Origin: a virus
Lineage: Duplodnaviria > Caudoviricetes
DNA length: 64,000 nt
IMG/VR virus record: IMGVR_UViG_3300033233_001970
Reading direction: 5' to 3' (one strand)
Position 1 is the first letter of the stretch. Every line of letters begins with the position of its first letter. The notes beneath the pieces are model-generated. The model had not been told where the DNA came from. It saw only the letters and a program-made list of their open reading frames with translations, and did not search any database. Made by a program: the position numbers and the translations under genes. This document shows positions 37,824 through 47,251 of the stretch, piece after piece.

Positions 37824-38981
37824 TCATGACAAATGACCCAGTGCAGCGAAGACCATTCCCATCATCGACCAGTCTGTCATCGGACTCCTGAGCAAATCCG
37901 CGACGCGAACGATCTCGATGTACGTACGCTCGGTATCGCTTTCGACGCCGCGAACCTTTCCGGATGCCGCGTCCTTGCGCAGTTGAACCATTTCGTCGCA
38001 CGTGAGCTCGGCCGCGAGAAGTGTTCCACTGAAGGACGAAAGCGTTCCGGCGAGCTGACGTGTGCCGATTTCTCGGAGGCGAGATGGACGAAGCAGGAGA
38101 CCGACTTCTTCGTAAACCTCTTCGACGGCGGTCTGAAACGCAGGCTTCGAAGATTTGGAGGAGCCTCCAGGGAGCTCGTGAATGAATCCGTCCGGCGTCC
38201 GCGCGGGCGATCGGAATTCTTTGATGAGTACGATCTCGGTATCGAGAAAGCTGGCTCCGGGATGCCATAAAAGAACAGTTGCGATATCGGTTCGGCCGAA
38301 CACGAATTCGTTCTTCTTGTTTCGGTTCTCGGATTTCACAAATACGTCAACGTGAGCGACCCATGAAAATACGAAATTTTTCTGTGGGCCGACACGAAAC
38401 GTCCAGCAAATTCTTGCGCCGTCAAGACGGTTGCCGGCATCTTGCTGAGCTCGGTACCACGCCTGAAACGACTCGAGCTTCCAGATGAAAAGCGGAACTT
38501 GGCATTCGCCGCCGACACGTCGAGCTCCTGGCTGTACGCGTTCGACGGCGGCTCGCAAGGTGTCACGAAGATTTCTGAATGACGGGACGCCAAACTTGGC
38601 AGCGTAAGCTTCCTGGTAGCGAACACTTTGGGCTTCGTTCGGCGCGCCGAACACGACCTTGCCGGAATTTTTCCACGCACCCCATTCGTCGTTGGTCGTG
38701 AGCGCCGGCATTTTCGACATCTCGCGCGGCACCCAGAAGACGATGCAGTCGGCGCGGTGAAGACCCTCTTCTTCCCATCCGATCTGATCGTTGTAGTCGC
38801 CTTTGTAATCTCCCGTTCGATCCTCGGGAACGAAGATGTGACCCTTGAAATCCATTTCCTGGAACAGACGAATGGCTTCCGATCGCCAGCTCGGAAATTT
38901 ATCGCGTGGCGTCGGGCCGGCAAGAAAGATGGTGGACTCGACGTCGCTAGGGAACGGCTCACGCGCGTAGATGATGTTCAT
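37824..38981 (-). CDS. nucleoside 2-deoxyribosyltransferase-like domain fused to a NUDIX hydrolase
   Basis: N-terminus IFLAGPTPR..SWR..QIGWE..ADCIVFW..TTNDEWG; C-terminus EFRSP..ELPGGS..TAVEEVYEEVGL (NUDIX box variant). Confidence 0.85.
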   Translation of the reverse strand: MNIIYAREPFPSDVESTIFLAGPTPRDKFPSWRSEAIRLFQEMDFKGHIFVPEDRTGDYKGDYNDQIGWEEEGLHRADCIVFWVPREMSKMPALTTNDEWGAWKNSGKVVFGAPNEAQSVRYQEAYAAKFGVPSFRNLRDTLRAAVERVQPGARRVGGECQVPLFIWKLESFQAWYRAQQDAGNRLDGARICWTFRVGPQKNFVFSWVAHVDVFVKSENRNKKNEFVFGRTDIATVLLWHPGASFLDTEIVLIKEFRSPARTPDGFIHELPGGSSKSSKPAFQTAVEEVYEEVGLLLRPSRLREIGTRQLAGTLSSFSGTLLAAELTCDEMVQLRKDAASGKVRGVESDTERTYIEIVRVADLLRSPMTDWSMMGMVFAALGHLS

Positions 38982-39365
38982 TTCTTTTCACTGTCGGATC
39001 GGACATAGGTTCGACTGCGTTTGAACGCCGGAAGATCTTTGACGCTGCACCCGAGGTGCGAGGCGATCTTTTTTCGAATGTTTTTGTCAGCAAGATGGTT
39101 CGCGAGCGTACCGTCGACCCATTTGCTGTCCTTGTCATGCAGGCTCAAATACTCATGTCGCTGATCGCCGTCTTGACAGGCCAGCATGCCGCTGTGGTAG
39201 CCCTGGACGCCTACCGATTTCATCCCGTATGGCCAGGCGCCCAAAATACGACACGTTTGCCGGATCGAATGACGACCTTTCGAGCGCAACCCCAGTCACT
39301 TCCGTCCCCGTAGCGCGGAAGAGTTTCAGTTGGCCGTTCTTCCCAGATCATGATTTGCGCCCTTC

Positions 39366-39902
39366 TTATTTGATCTCGTGTGAAACGATCTCCGTGCGCT
39401 CCTCGACGAGACGGAAACCGAGGATCTTGGGCCGCTCTTCGTATTTCTTGATGGGCGCCAGCATTTCGAACTTTTTCGCGCGTTCGACGAGTATCTGAAG
39501 CTCGTTGTCCGTAGGTTTTCGACTGAGGAAGATCGCAACGGAGTTGTAGGCTGCGTACTTTGCTTTTTCGCCAGGTTCGAGTTCAGTGACGGCGCCGTGC
39601 CCGTCATTCGAGTACCCAGGCGTTGGCGCGAGGGCCATGGGCGCTCGGCCGATGGCGTCGTCGCCGTGATCGTCGACGCGATCTTCGACGAGCTCCTCGA
39701 ACGGATCCTCTGTACCAGAGTCGCCGATTTTGAAGTCCGTTTTGTACATCTTTTGGTACGGACCGCCACGATGATCTCCATGCTCGTCGCACCGACCGAC
39801 GATGAAGCTACTCATCTCGCGTTCGAAGTTGCCGGCGTACGAGTCTGTGTCGATGACGAACGTCCATTTGGGCTCTGTTCGGCCCCAATCCCAGAGTGCC
39901 AT
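39366..39902 (-). CDS. hypothetical phage protein
   Basis: AGGAG RBS; FVIDTDSYAGNFERE...YNSVAIF. Confidence 0.7.
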   Translation of the reverse strand: MALWDWGRTEPKWTFVIDTDSYAGNFEREMSSFIVGRCDEHGDHRGGPYQKMYKTDFKIGDSGTEDPFEELVEDRVDDHGDDAIGRAPMALAPTPGYSNDGHGAVTELEPGEKAKYAAYNSVAIFLSRKPTDNELQILVERAKKFEMLAPIKKYEERPKILGFRLVEERTEIVSHEIK

Positions 39903-41209
39903 TCTGTTCTCCTATTCGTTGACGAGCACCTCAAGTGCGGCTCCCTCGTTTCCGGTATGCATCGCGAAAATGTTTTTTCGAAGGCGGGTTCAGTGTGACT
40001 TCGTAGAGAACGTCGCTGATGTCGCCTTGGAATTGGTTACGCACCTCGGCTCGAACGAACCCGAGCCGTTCCACAGCCTGGTCGGCAATGAACGTCGATA
40101 CGTCGAACGAATTTCGTGTCCATCGTCGAACGGGAGCGCCGCTAACGTCGGTTGCGTCGATACGGAATTCGTCTGTGGTGTCACCACCCAAATTGTCGAT
40201 GTTCATGGCTCACCCCCATCGATGATGCGGTATGCGACCTTGTTCGATATTGCCTGCTGCGGCATCGTTGAGGATGGTCGCAACGAGCGCGAAGAGATCC
40301 GAATCGGATCGGCTCCACCTATGGAAAAACTGTTCCTGCGTAATGCGATCCTTATCGGAAAGCCCCATTTTTGTAAGTTCTTCGCGGAGCCAAAAGCCGA
40401 GGCATACGACGTTCTTCGTGCGCGCGTCTGTTGTCCAGCCTTCCGGTCGACCAATCTTCCAAGGAGCGAAAAGACGTTCCTCGTTGGCGGAGACGGACGC
40501 GCGGACAGAATCAGCCGTGTACGTCATTGCACGATTTTGACGATGACGGCGAAGTAGCTCATGTCGACTCTTTTTTCCGGATTGAAGAGCTGGGCGAATT
40601 GCTCACGACAGCCTCGGCCGGAATGCGTCGCGAACCTCCCGAGCCGCAGCAACGATCGTCGCGTATTGCGAGGTCGTGACCGACGTAGCCACACGGAGCA
40701 AGTCGGTGATCGACTCGAATACGTCACCGGCAGCGCGCTTCGTTGCTGCCTCGTCGCCGGTTCTCATGAGCGCGGTGAGCCCGGCGTCGATGTCGGCGAG
40801 CGCCTTCGTGACGCCGCCTCGCGTTCGCTGCTCGACGAACTGCCGCTTGATGAGGTCGGCTGCGCGCGTCTCGCCTTTTTCCGTCAACGTGATCCGACCA
40901 TCGGCCGAGCGCTCAGCGAGCCCGTTCGCGATCATCTCTTCCAACGCCGCTTTTGCTTCGTCGCTCATCGCGGTTTCTCTTCGGACGCCGAAGTTGCTGG
41001 CCGTTGCCCGAGCGCCTCGGATGCATGGCCGCGAAGCACACGGACGGCGAGACCATAGTGAGAGCAATACGCCGTCGTACGCTCGTCCGCGATCTTCGCC
41101 AACACCTCGCGAAGCCGCGCGTTCTCTGCTTCGAGGCGAGCAACAAGCACGTCGGGACTGAAGAGGCGATCGTTTTTGCAATACGGACAATCCGCTAGGT
41201 GGCATGCGC

Positions 41210-41875
41210 TCATGTTTTTCTCTCGGTCTTGTATTCTTCGATGACGATGTTCGCGATGACCATGGCGTCACGCTCGTCCCCGCTTTTCTTGTACGAGTCG
41301 AGCATCTTTTTCGTGAACGTCGCCGTGAGTACCACGAGCTCGGGCTTGTTTTCCGGATTCTTGGCCGCTTTCACCATCTCGACGTAACCTTCGTGCGTCG
41401 TGACGACGTTGTTCGTCACCAGCAGAAGGCCGATGTCGCTGTGCTCCTCGCCTCGCCAGGTGACTTCGCCATTCAGCGTGTAGCCCCAGGGCTTCAGGAA
41501 GTTGTCGATGAGGTATTCGAGCCACTCGGTGTAGCAATAGAATTTCTCGGCGCCGTTCCATTCGAGACTCGAAAAATCGTCCGTCGGCACCCATTGGCAC
41601 CAAAGGCCAGGCTGATCTGAAGGCGAGTTGTTGAAATCGAGAATGGATTCGTCCCGTTCTTGTCCGGCCCATCCGCCTCCGTTGACAAAGAAACCACCGT
41701 CCTTACCGATGGGCAGCTTGGCGGATTTCCGGATCGGGTCCTCGAACTGTTCGGCAGCGGCAGCGTTACGCTTCATCCTGCGCGTTTCGCTGAACTTCCT
41801 GAGATAGGCCGAGTGTTCTGGCTCGAGCTTCCTGTCCAGATTGAAATGACCACTGAACGTCGTCGTGTAACCCAT
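41210..41875 (-). CDS. hypothetical phage protein
   Basis: Own GGAGAG RBS and ATG; MGYTTTFSG...QPGLWCQW...EKFY.Y.EWLEYLI. Confidence 0.75.
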   Translation of the reverse strand: MGYTTTFSGHFNLDRKLEPEHSAYLRKFSETRRMKRNAAAAEQFEDPIRKSAKLPIGKDGGFFVNGGGWAGQERDESILDFNNSPSDQPGLWCQWVPTDDFSSLEWNGAEKFYCYTEWLEYLIDNFLKPWGYTLNGEVTWRGEEHSDIGLLLVTNNVVTTHEGYVEMVKAAKNPENKPELVVLTATFTKKMLDSYKKSGDERDAMVIANIVIEEYKTERKT

Positions 41876-41877
41876 GA

Positions 41878-42490
41878 TCATCTCTCCGTGTTGAAAAATT
41901 GGATGACTTTTATGAGCTCGTCGCGCTCTTCTTGCTGAAATTCCTTCATGCGCTTTTGCGTCCGCGACGTCGGTAATACGATCGAACTCTTTGGCAGCGT
42001 ACGCTCCCATGTGTTTTTTGATGATGCGTCGCGCAATCTCTTTGTCGAGACTCGACTCATCGGAAGTAATGAGTGTATCGAGATCGTCAAAATCTCGCTT
42101 TCGACCTGCCGCAAGCTTCATCGCGGCGAGGTACTCGGGCCGCACGATGAGAAGGAGATCGTTGGGATCGTGCGGCAGCGGGTCGACAATCGCCGCCTCG
42201 TACAGACTCGTGTAGTCGTCGTCTCTGACCACGATATCGACCGGCGCACCGTTCGGAGCCTCGGTCTGTTCTCCGCCGAACGTCAGTGGCTTGACGTGCG
42301 GGAGGCCGGGAAGCAACCGCTCGGTCGCGAAGTCGACATCACCTGTCAGGCGATCGGATCCATAGAGCTGCATCGCGTAGCCGCCGATGAGCACGGCTCG
42401 GATTCCACTGATTTTGGCAATGGTCGCGATTTGGTTCGCGGCCTCCTCGAGCTCGTCAGGCGATAGGAATTTTTTCTTGGGGCCTGTCAT
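41878..42490 (-). CDS. Pol-beta-superfamily nucleotidyltransferase (AbiEii/DUF6036-like), frameshifted near the 3' end
   Basis: LIGGYAM..Y...RLTGDVDF...VDIV...MKLAAGRKRDFDD. Confidence 0.75.
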
Positions 42491-42524
42491 GTTTCTTCCT
42501 GACCCCTGACGAGCTCGAAGAGTA

Positions 42525-42896
42525 TTACGAGCTTGCGGGGGTCGTGGTCGTTGGCGGAACCGTAATGAGTGGTGGAGGCGAGTTCGCTTCCTCTTCTTCC
42601 TCTTCTTCTTCCTCTTCTTCGGCAGCGGCAACGATCGCGTCGTATGCCTCGCCCATCGCTCTCAGAAATTCGTCTCTTGTGAGCCCTGCCTGGAACCCTT
42701 CATCGGACGTGAACTCTTGGAGATGCTGACGAGTCAGAGCATCCCAATCGTCTGCGGGGACGGCCGGGTACAAGCGGCCCATGATCTCGATGTCTTTCCA
42801 CACCGCATCGAGCTTCAGATCGATGTGGTCGCTCGCCGCCTCTTCTTCTTCGTCCTGCGAGATCTCGTTCAGGCTCTTGTTGAGTACGTTTCTCAT
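42525..42896 (-). CDS. acidic protein with poly-Glu tract
   Basis: AAAGGA RBS; run of 10 Glu; Pro/Thr tail. Confidence 0.6.
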   Translation of the reverse strand: MRNVLNKSLNEISQDEEEEAASDHIDLKLDAVWKDIEIMGRLYPAVPADDWDALTRQHLQEFTSDEGFQAGLTRDEFLRAMGEAYDAIVAAAEEEEEEEEEEEANSPPPLITVPPTTTTPASS

Positions 42897-43168
42897 CGGT
42901 TCTTTTCCTTTGCGAAGATTTTCGCTTTTGGAAGAGTAACCGATCTTGCATTACACGATCAAGATTCTGTTGCCGTTTGGAAAAAATGTCATCGCGCATC
43001 CATCTCCTCGCCGTCCCAACCTTGCTCGAGCACCAAGCTTTCATTTGTCGACTGAGCGTCTCCGTACACGTTGACGCTCGCCCGCGATCCTGAGTTTCTT
43101 GCCGCTGCGAAACGACATCAGCAAACGTCGCAACGCTTCGGCCTTCGTCGGGGCCATTCCGGCATCTT

Positions 43169-43765
43169 TCACCGGCTTCTTTCCACCGATGCCGCCAACC
43201 TGCCACCACCAGTCTCCGGCGGTTTCGTGTAGCCGAGCGCATCGGCGAGCTCCTTGAGCTTCTGTTCCGGCGTTCGGTAGTCAGTCTTGACGCCGCCCTT
43301 GCGTGCGTTTTTCATCCATATCGGGTCTTTATTCGGTCCTCGACGATTGAGAAGACGCATCGTGCGGTACATTTGCGCTCTTTCAGTAAGCTCTTCTTTT
43401 GTCAGTCCTTTAGAGCCGATTCCGGATCGAATTGTTGCGGCGAATTTTATAGCAAGTTCAGCCTGTAATTTCTTTACAACCAAGAAAGGCAAAACTCGAC
43501 ACAATACTGATTTAGCCTGATTGCTCCACAAGGACCAAATCCACGCTTGTTTCATATTTGGTCGCGAATCGCTATGTGGTGCGATATTGCCGAATCCGGT
43601 CACGGCGCAAAGATGATCCAATAAAGGACGACATGTATTTGTTACCGTAACTACAAGTGCAAAAGCGTATCCACCGCGAGATCGTTTACTCTTTTTGCGA
43701 GAAATCATGACGCAACCTTCGCCGTCAAGAATACCGGCCAGATAAGCGTCATCAGTGTGTTTCAT
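43169..43765 (-). CDS. LAGLIDADG homing endonuclease (single motif)
   Basis: AYLAGILDGEGCV...VTNTCRPLL...GFG...LPFLVVKKLQA; AT-richer than its flanks. Confidence 0.88.
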   Translation of the reverse strand: MKHTDDAYLAGILDGEGCVMISRKKSKRSRGGYAFALVVTVTNTCRPLLDHLCAVTGFGNIAPHSDSRPNMKQAWIWSLWSNQAKSVLCRVLPFLVVKKLQAELAIKFAATIRSGIGSKGLTKEELTERAQMYRTMRLLNRRGPNKDPIWMKNARKGGVKTDYRTPEQKLKELADALGYTKPPETGGGRLAASVERSR

Positions 43766-43792
43766 CGTAGTGCCTCGTCGCGGGTCATGGTG

Positions 43793-44767
43793 TCACGGCA
43801 GGCAGCAGAATGTGATGGGTGTTGCGGGCTGCACGTCGCCCGTCGCCGTCACGCTCGACGCCGCGCACGAGCCGCCGCTCGACGAGGCGTTGTACTTGTA
43901 CGCCACGTTGTAAATGCTCGTTACCGTGACGCACTGGCCGAAGTTATTCGTTGTGTAGCCGGCGCCTCCGGTGCAGCCCTGAGTACCGAACACGTCGATT
44001 GACCCACCGCACGTCACGCTCGTCGGATTCCCGCACGTACACGTTGTACACGCTCGGCCGTCTGTAATTCCACCGTATTCGAGATGCTTTTCCGTGTACG
44101 GCCCAACGGGGCACGATCCCGCGCCATCGTGACGGACGCACGCGCGAAACGGCGTACGAAGCGACGGAAGACAGAGATCGGAGCCGCCGCATCCCATCGA
44201 CGTCGGCATCGTGAACGGCGCGCACGAGAGAGCTCGTTCGTCCCACGAGACGGTCGGCTTCGACACGGATGGTGTCACCAAGCAGCTTCCACCTTGCGCT
44301 GTCGTATCTGCTTTGATGACGAGATTGGATTGGCCCTGGAGCGGCGCTCCGGTCATGCACGTTCCACTTGAAACGGTTGCGGTGCTTCCGTTTGTGCACG
44401 TCGTTCCTTGAAAGTTCACCGTTGCGGAGCATTGCGTCCCGCTCGGAACCCCGCACGTGCATCCACACGCCGCCGGCCCCGCGTGGAGCCCGCTCCCCGA
44501 CGTCGATTTCCCGCCCTCGTAGCCCGTGTCGCACGCGGTCGGTACCGTCGCGCCGATCGCGACTGCGAACGGCCCGAGCCAGCCTGAAGGAGCGGCCGGA
44601 AGGCATTGCCCCGCAGGGCACGCTTGCGCGTCGTAGGTCGGCGAGGCGTCGCGCGGGAGACCGATGGCGTCGGAGCCTGCGTCGCTTGAGCCCGCGTCGC
44701 CCTCGGCTGCCGTAAATGCCTCGCCGCCGCAACCGAGGAGAAATGGGAGGATGGGCCACAGTTTCAT
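43793..44767 (-). CDS. Cys-rich secreted lipoprotein (myxobacterial type)
   Basis: Signal peptide with lipobox LLGC; DAG linker; 25 Cys in a two-fold repeat (CxCG.P....C...GGSC); ends TFCCLP. Confidence 0.8.
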   Translation of the reverse strand: MKLWPILPFLLGCGGEAFTAAEGDAGSSDAGSDAIGLPRDASPTYDAQACPAGQCLPAAPSGWLGPFAVAIGATVPTACDTGYEGGKSTSGSGLHAGPAACGCTCGVPSGTQCSATVNFQGTTCTNGSTATVSSGTCMTGAPLQGQSNLVIKADTTAQGGSCLVTPSVSKPTVSWDERALSCAPFTMPTSMGCGGSDLCLPSLRTPFRACVRHDGAGSCPVGPYTEKHLEYGGITDGRACTTCTCGNPTSVTCGGSIDVFGTQGCTGGAGYTTNNFGQCVTVTSIYNVAYKYNASSSGGSCAASSVTATGDVQPATPITFCCLP

Positions 44768-45412
44768 GGCTTGTCTTTCTTTTCGTCGAGCTCTTTGAGC
44801 GTGTTGATGAGATATTTTCGAAGCAGCGCCGTCGCCTGCTGCTTTCCTGTCGCAGCGTCGGGCGCATTTTCTTTGAGCGTCCGATCACACACACGTACGA
44901 CGTAGCCTGGTTTCTGACGATCCGTGGACCACGCCACCGACATGCGGAATGGTCCGACGGTTTTTGAGTAGCAGTTGTACTGCTCGCTCCAACCATCGTC
45001 GTCTACGGTTCGTTCGAGAGTGGGCCATTTCGCCATCACGTCACCTTGATTCCTCGAATTTGCGTAGTGGGCGGCCAGATGACGGCGACGCATTTTCCGT
45101 AACTCGAGTTCAATGAGCTTGAGTTCATTTTTCGGAGCTCTTCTTTCGCGGCCCGCACACAAGCTTCTTTGGATCCGAAACCTTGACTGCAAACGAACGT
45201 GTGGCCGTATTGGTCGAAACCTTCGTACTCCCAGCCGCCTTGATCGGTGCTGATGGTTTTGACGGTACGAATGGGTTTCTTGGGCGGCGTGTACGGCTTT
45301 CCTTCCCATTCGCAGTCGGGATAATCGCCGCACCTTTTCTTGAGCTTTCGATCCTTGCACCAAAGGGTCGAGAGACTGTGGCCGCACTGAGGACAGGTTT
45401 TCTCGTTCACGG

Positions 45413-46267
45413 CTAGCTACTCCAATGCAGGTAAAACTCCTCCGGCTTCTCCTGCGACAAAACCCATTCGCACATCTCGACGACGATTTCGGTGGCTTGC
45501 CGGTACCACTTCGATCCTTCGTCGTTCTCGACGACGAGGTAGGCGCCGCGTAGATCACCGAATCTCGAGACGCCAGGAATGATGCCGCGAACGGGGAAGG
45601 CTTCTTTTCGGAAACAGAAAGTACCTTCTCGGTTCGAGTAGCTCATGAAATCTTCGTCCTGAATCTTCGACTCTTGCTTCTTCCGTTTCTCGGCCAGAAA
45701 AACCTTGAGAGCTTTTTCTGTGGTGTCGATCGCTGAAGATGACGACGGGTCGAGCAAATTGGGGAACGATTCGATGACGTAATAGGATCCGTTCTCCGCG
45801 ATGTGTTTCGCGTAGGCGTCACGGATCTCGATGGCTCGCTTGTGGCATTTTCCCCAGTTGGGCGAGAACCTGTACTCGTCGTTCGGTTCGAACACGTAGT
45901 AGAGGTTCTTACCCTCTCCGAGCACGTCGTCGAGAACGTGATTGATGCCGCCCGAGTTGTAGGACGATCGCAGATAGCCGATCTTGAACATGTGCTCTGG
46001 ATGAACCTTCGAGTCGATGTCCTTGATCTTTTCCTCGAGCCCGATGGCTGCACCATATTCGTCGAGCCCAGCGGCCCCGTATGCCTCTTTCTTGGCGTCG
46101 AAGTAGGATTTGTGCTGGTCTTCTTTCAGATCCTCGAACTTCGACGCGCCGAACGCTTTGAGGACGGCAGCGGCGATTTGCTCCGACTTGGCTTCGGCCT
46201 GCGTCTCGAGCTTTTCGACCTCGGCAATGGGTCGCGTGATTCGATAGAGATAGACGTCCAAACCCAT
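45413..46267 (-). CDS. hypothetical phage protein
   Basis: AAGGGG RBS; MGLDVYLY...GYLRSSYN...HWSS. Confidence 0.75.
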   Translation of the reverse strand: MGLDVYLYRITRPIAEVEKLETQAEAKSEQIAAAVLKAFGASKFEDLKEDQHKSYFDAKKEAYGAAGLDEYGAAIGLEEKIKDIDSKVHPEHMFKIGYLRSSYNSGGINHVLDDVLGEGKNLYYVFEPNDEYRFSPNWGKCHKRAIEIRDAYAKHIAENGSYYVIESFPNLLDPSSSSAIDTTEKALKVFLAEKRKKQESKIQDEDFMSYSNREGTFCFRKEAFPVRGIIPGVSRFGDLRGAYLVVENDEGSKWYRQATEIVVEMCEWVLSQEKPEEFYLHWSS

Positions 46268-46990
46268 GGCTTTCCCCTTTAGATGATTGGCCAGTACGTG
46301 TCTTCGTTCCAGTTCGGAGCTTTTGACTTCTTTTCGAAGCAGTTCCAGATGTCCTCGCCGATGATTAGCTCTAATACTTCGGTCCCGGCAAATTTGAACA
46401 CTGGTTTGGGCGTCGGCTTACCGTTCTCCCAGATCAAAACTTGACCCTGGGTCGGCGAGGCAGCGTAGACGCGGTTCGGCTTGTACGTCTGTCGCCAGTT
46501 TCCAGTCGAAGACCACTCCGGCCTTCAGCATGTCATTGAACGCTTCGATGGCACTCATCGCCCTGCACGCAGCTCTTCGTCGAGCGTGTTGCAGTGTTCG
46601 CAATCGCAACCGAGGCTGCAAAATCCTAACGCCACCGCCGATCGTTCGTCTTCGGCCATGGCCTCGGCGTAGTCGTCGAAGACCGGATCGAGCAGGAGAG
46701 ATCGAATCAACTCGTCCTTGTCCATTTATTCCCCCACACGAAATCGCAGCACACCGATTCTTCGTTCGCAAAGCATCACACTTTGCATCCACGACACGAG
46801 CAACCGAAGGCTTCGTATCCGCCGTATGGATGCACTTGATTTCTAAACTTCGCCGATTCTCTTTTTCGTACCACCACTCGCCAACATCCAGGATGGTAGG
46901 CCCGCCCGTCCTTCATCTCGCACTTACGCTGCACGCGTTTCTTGCAATACGCGCAGTAGTCGAGCGGATTGCTTCCGGGCGGAATCGCGC

Positions 46991-47251
46991 TCACCTGGAG
47001 TTTTCTCTTTCCTCTTGCTTGCGTTCCTCTCGTTCCTCTCTTGCGTCGGCGAGCACCTTACGAAGTTCCTTATGTTCAGAGATCCATCGATTGAGCGTCG
47101 TGCGGCCGATGTTGAGCGCGAACGCCGTCGCCTTGACATCACCTTCGTTATTTCTGATGGCCTTTGACACGATTCGGATGGCCTGTTCGTCGTCGTTGAC
47201 CCAACAGGCGCTTAGTTGTGGATTGTTGCTTCCTACGAATGCGTGCCGCAT
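46991..47251 (-). CDS. Fis-type HTH protein
   Basis: AIRNNEGDVKATAFALNIGRTTLNRWI; AAGGA RBS. Confidence 0.75.
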   Translation of the reverse strand: MRHAFVGSNNPQLSACWVNDDEQAIRIVSKAIRNNEGDVKATAFALNIGRTTLNRWISEHKELRKVLADAREEREERKQEERENSR

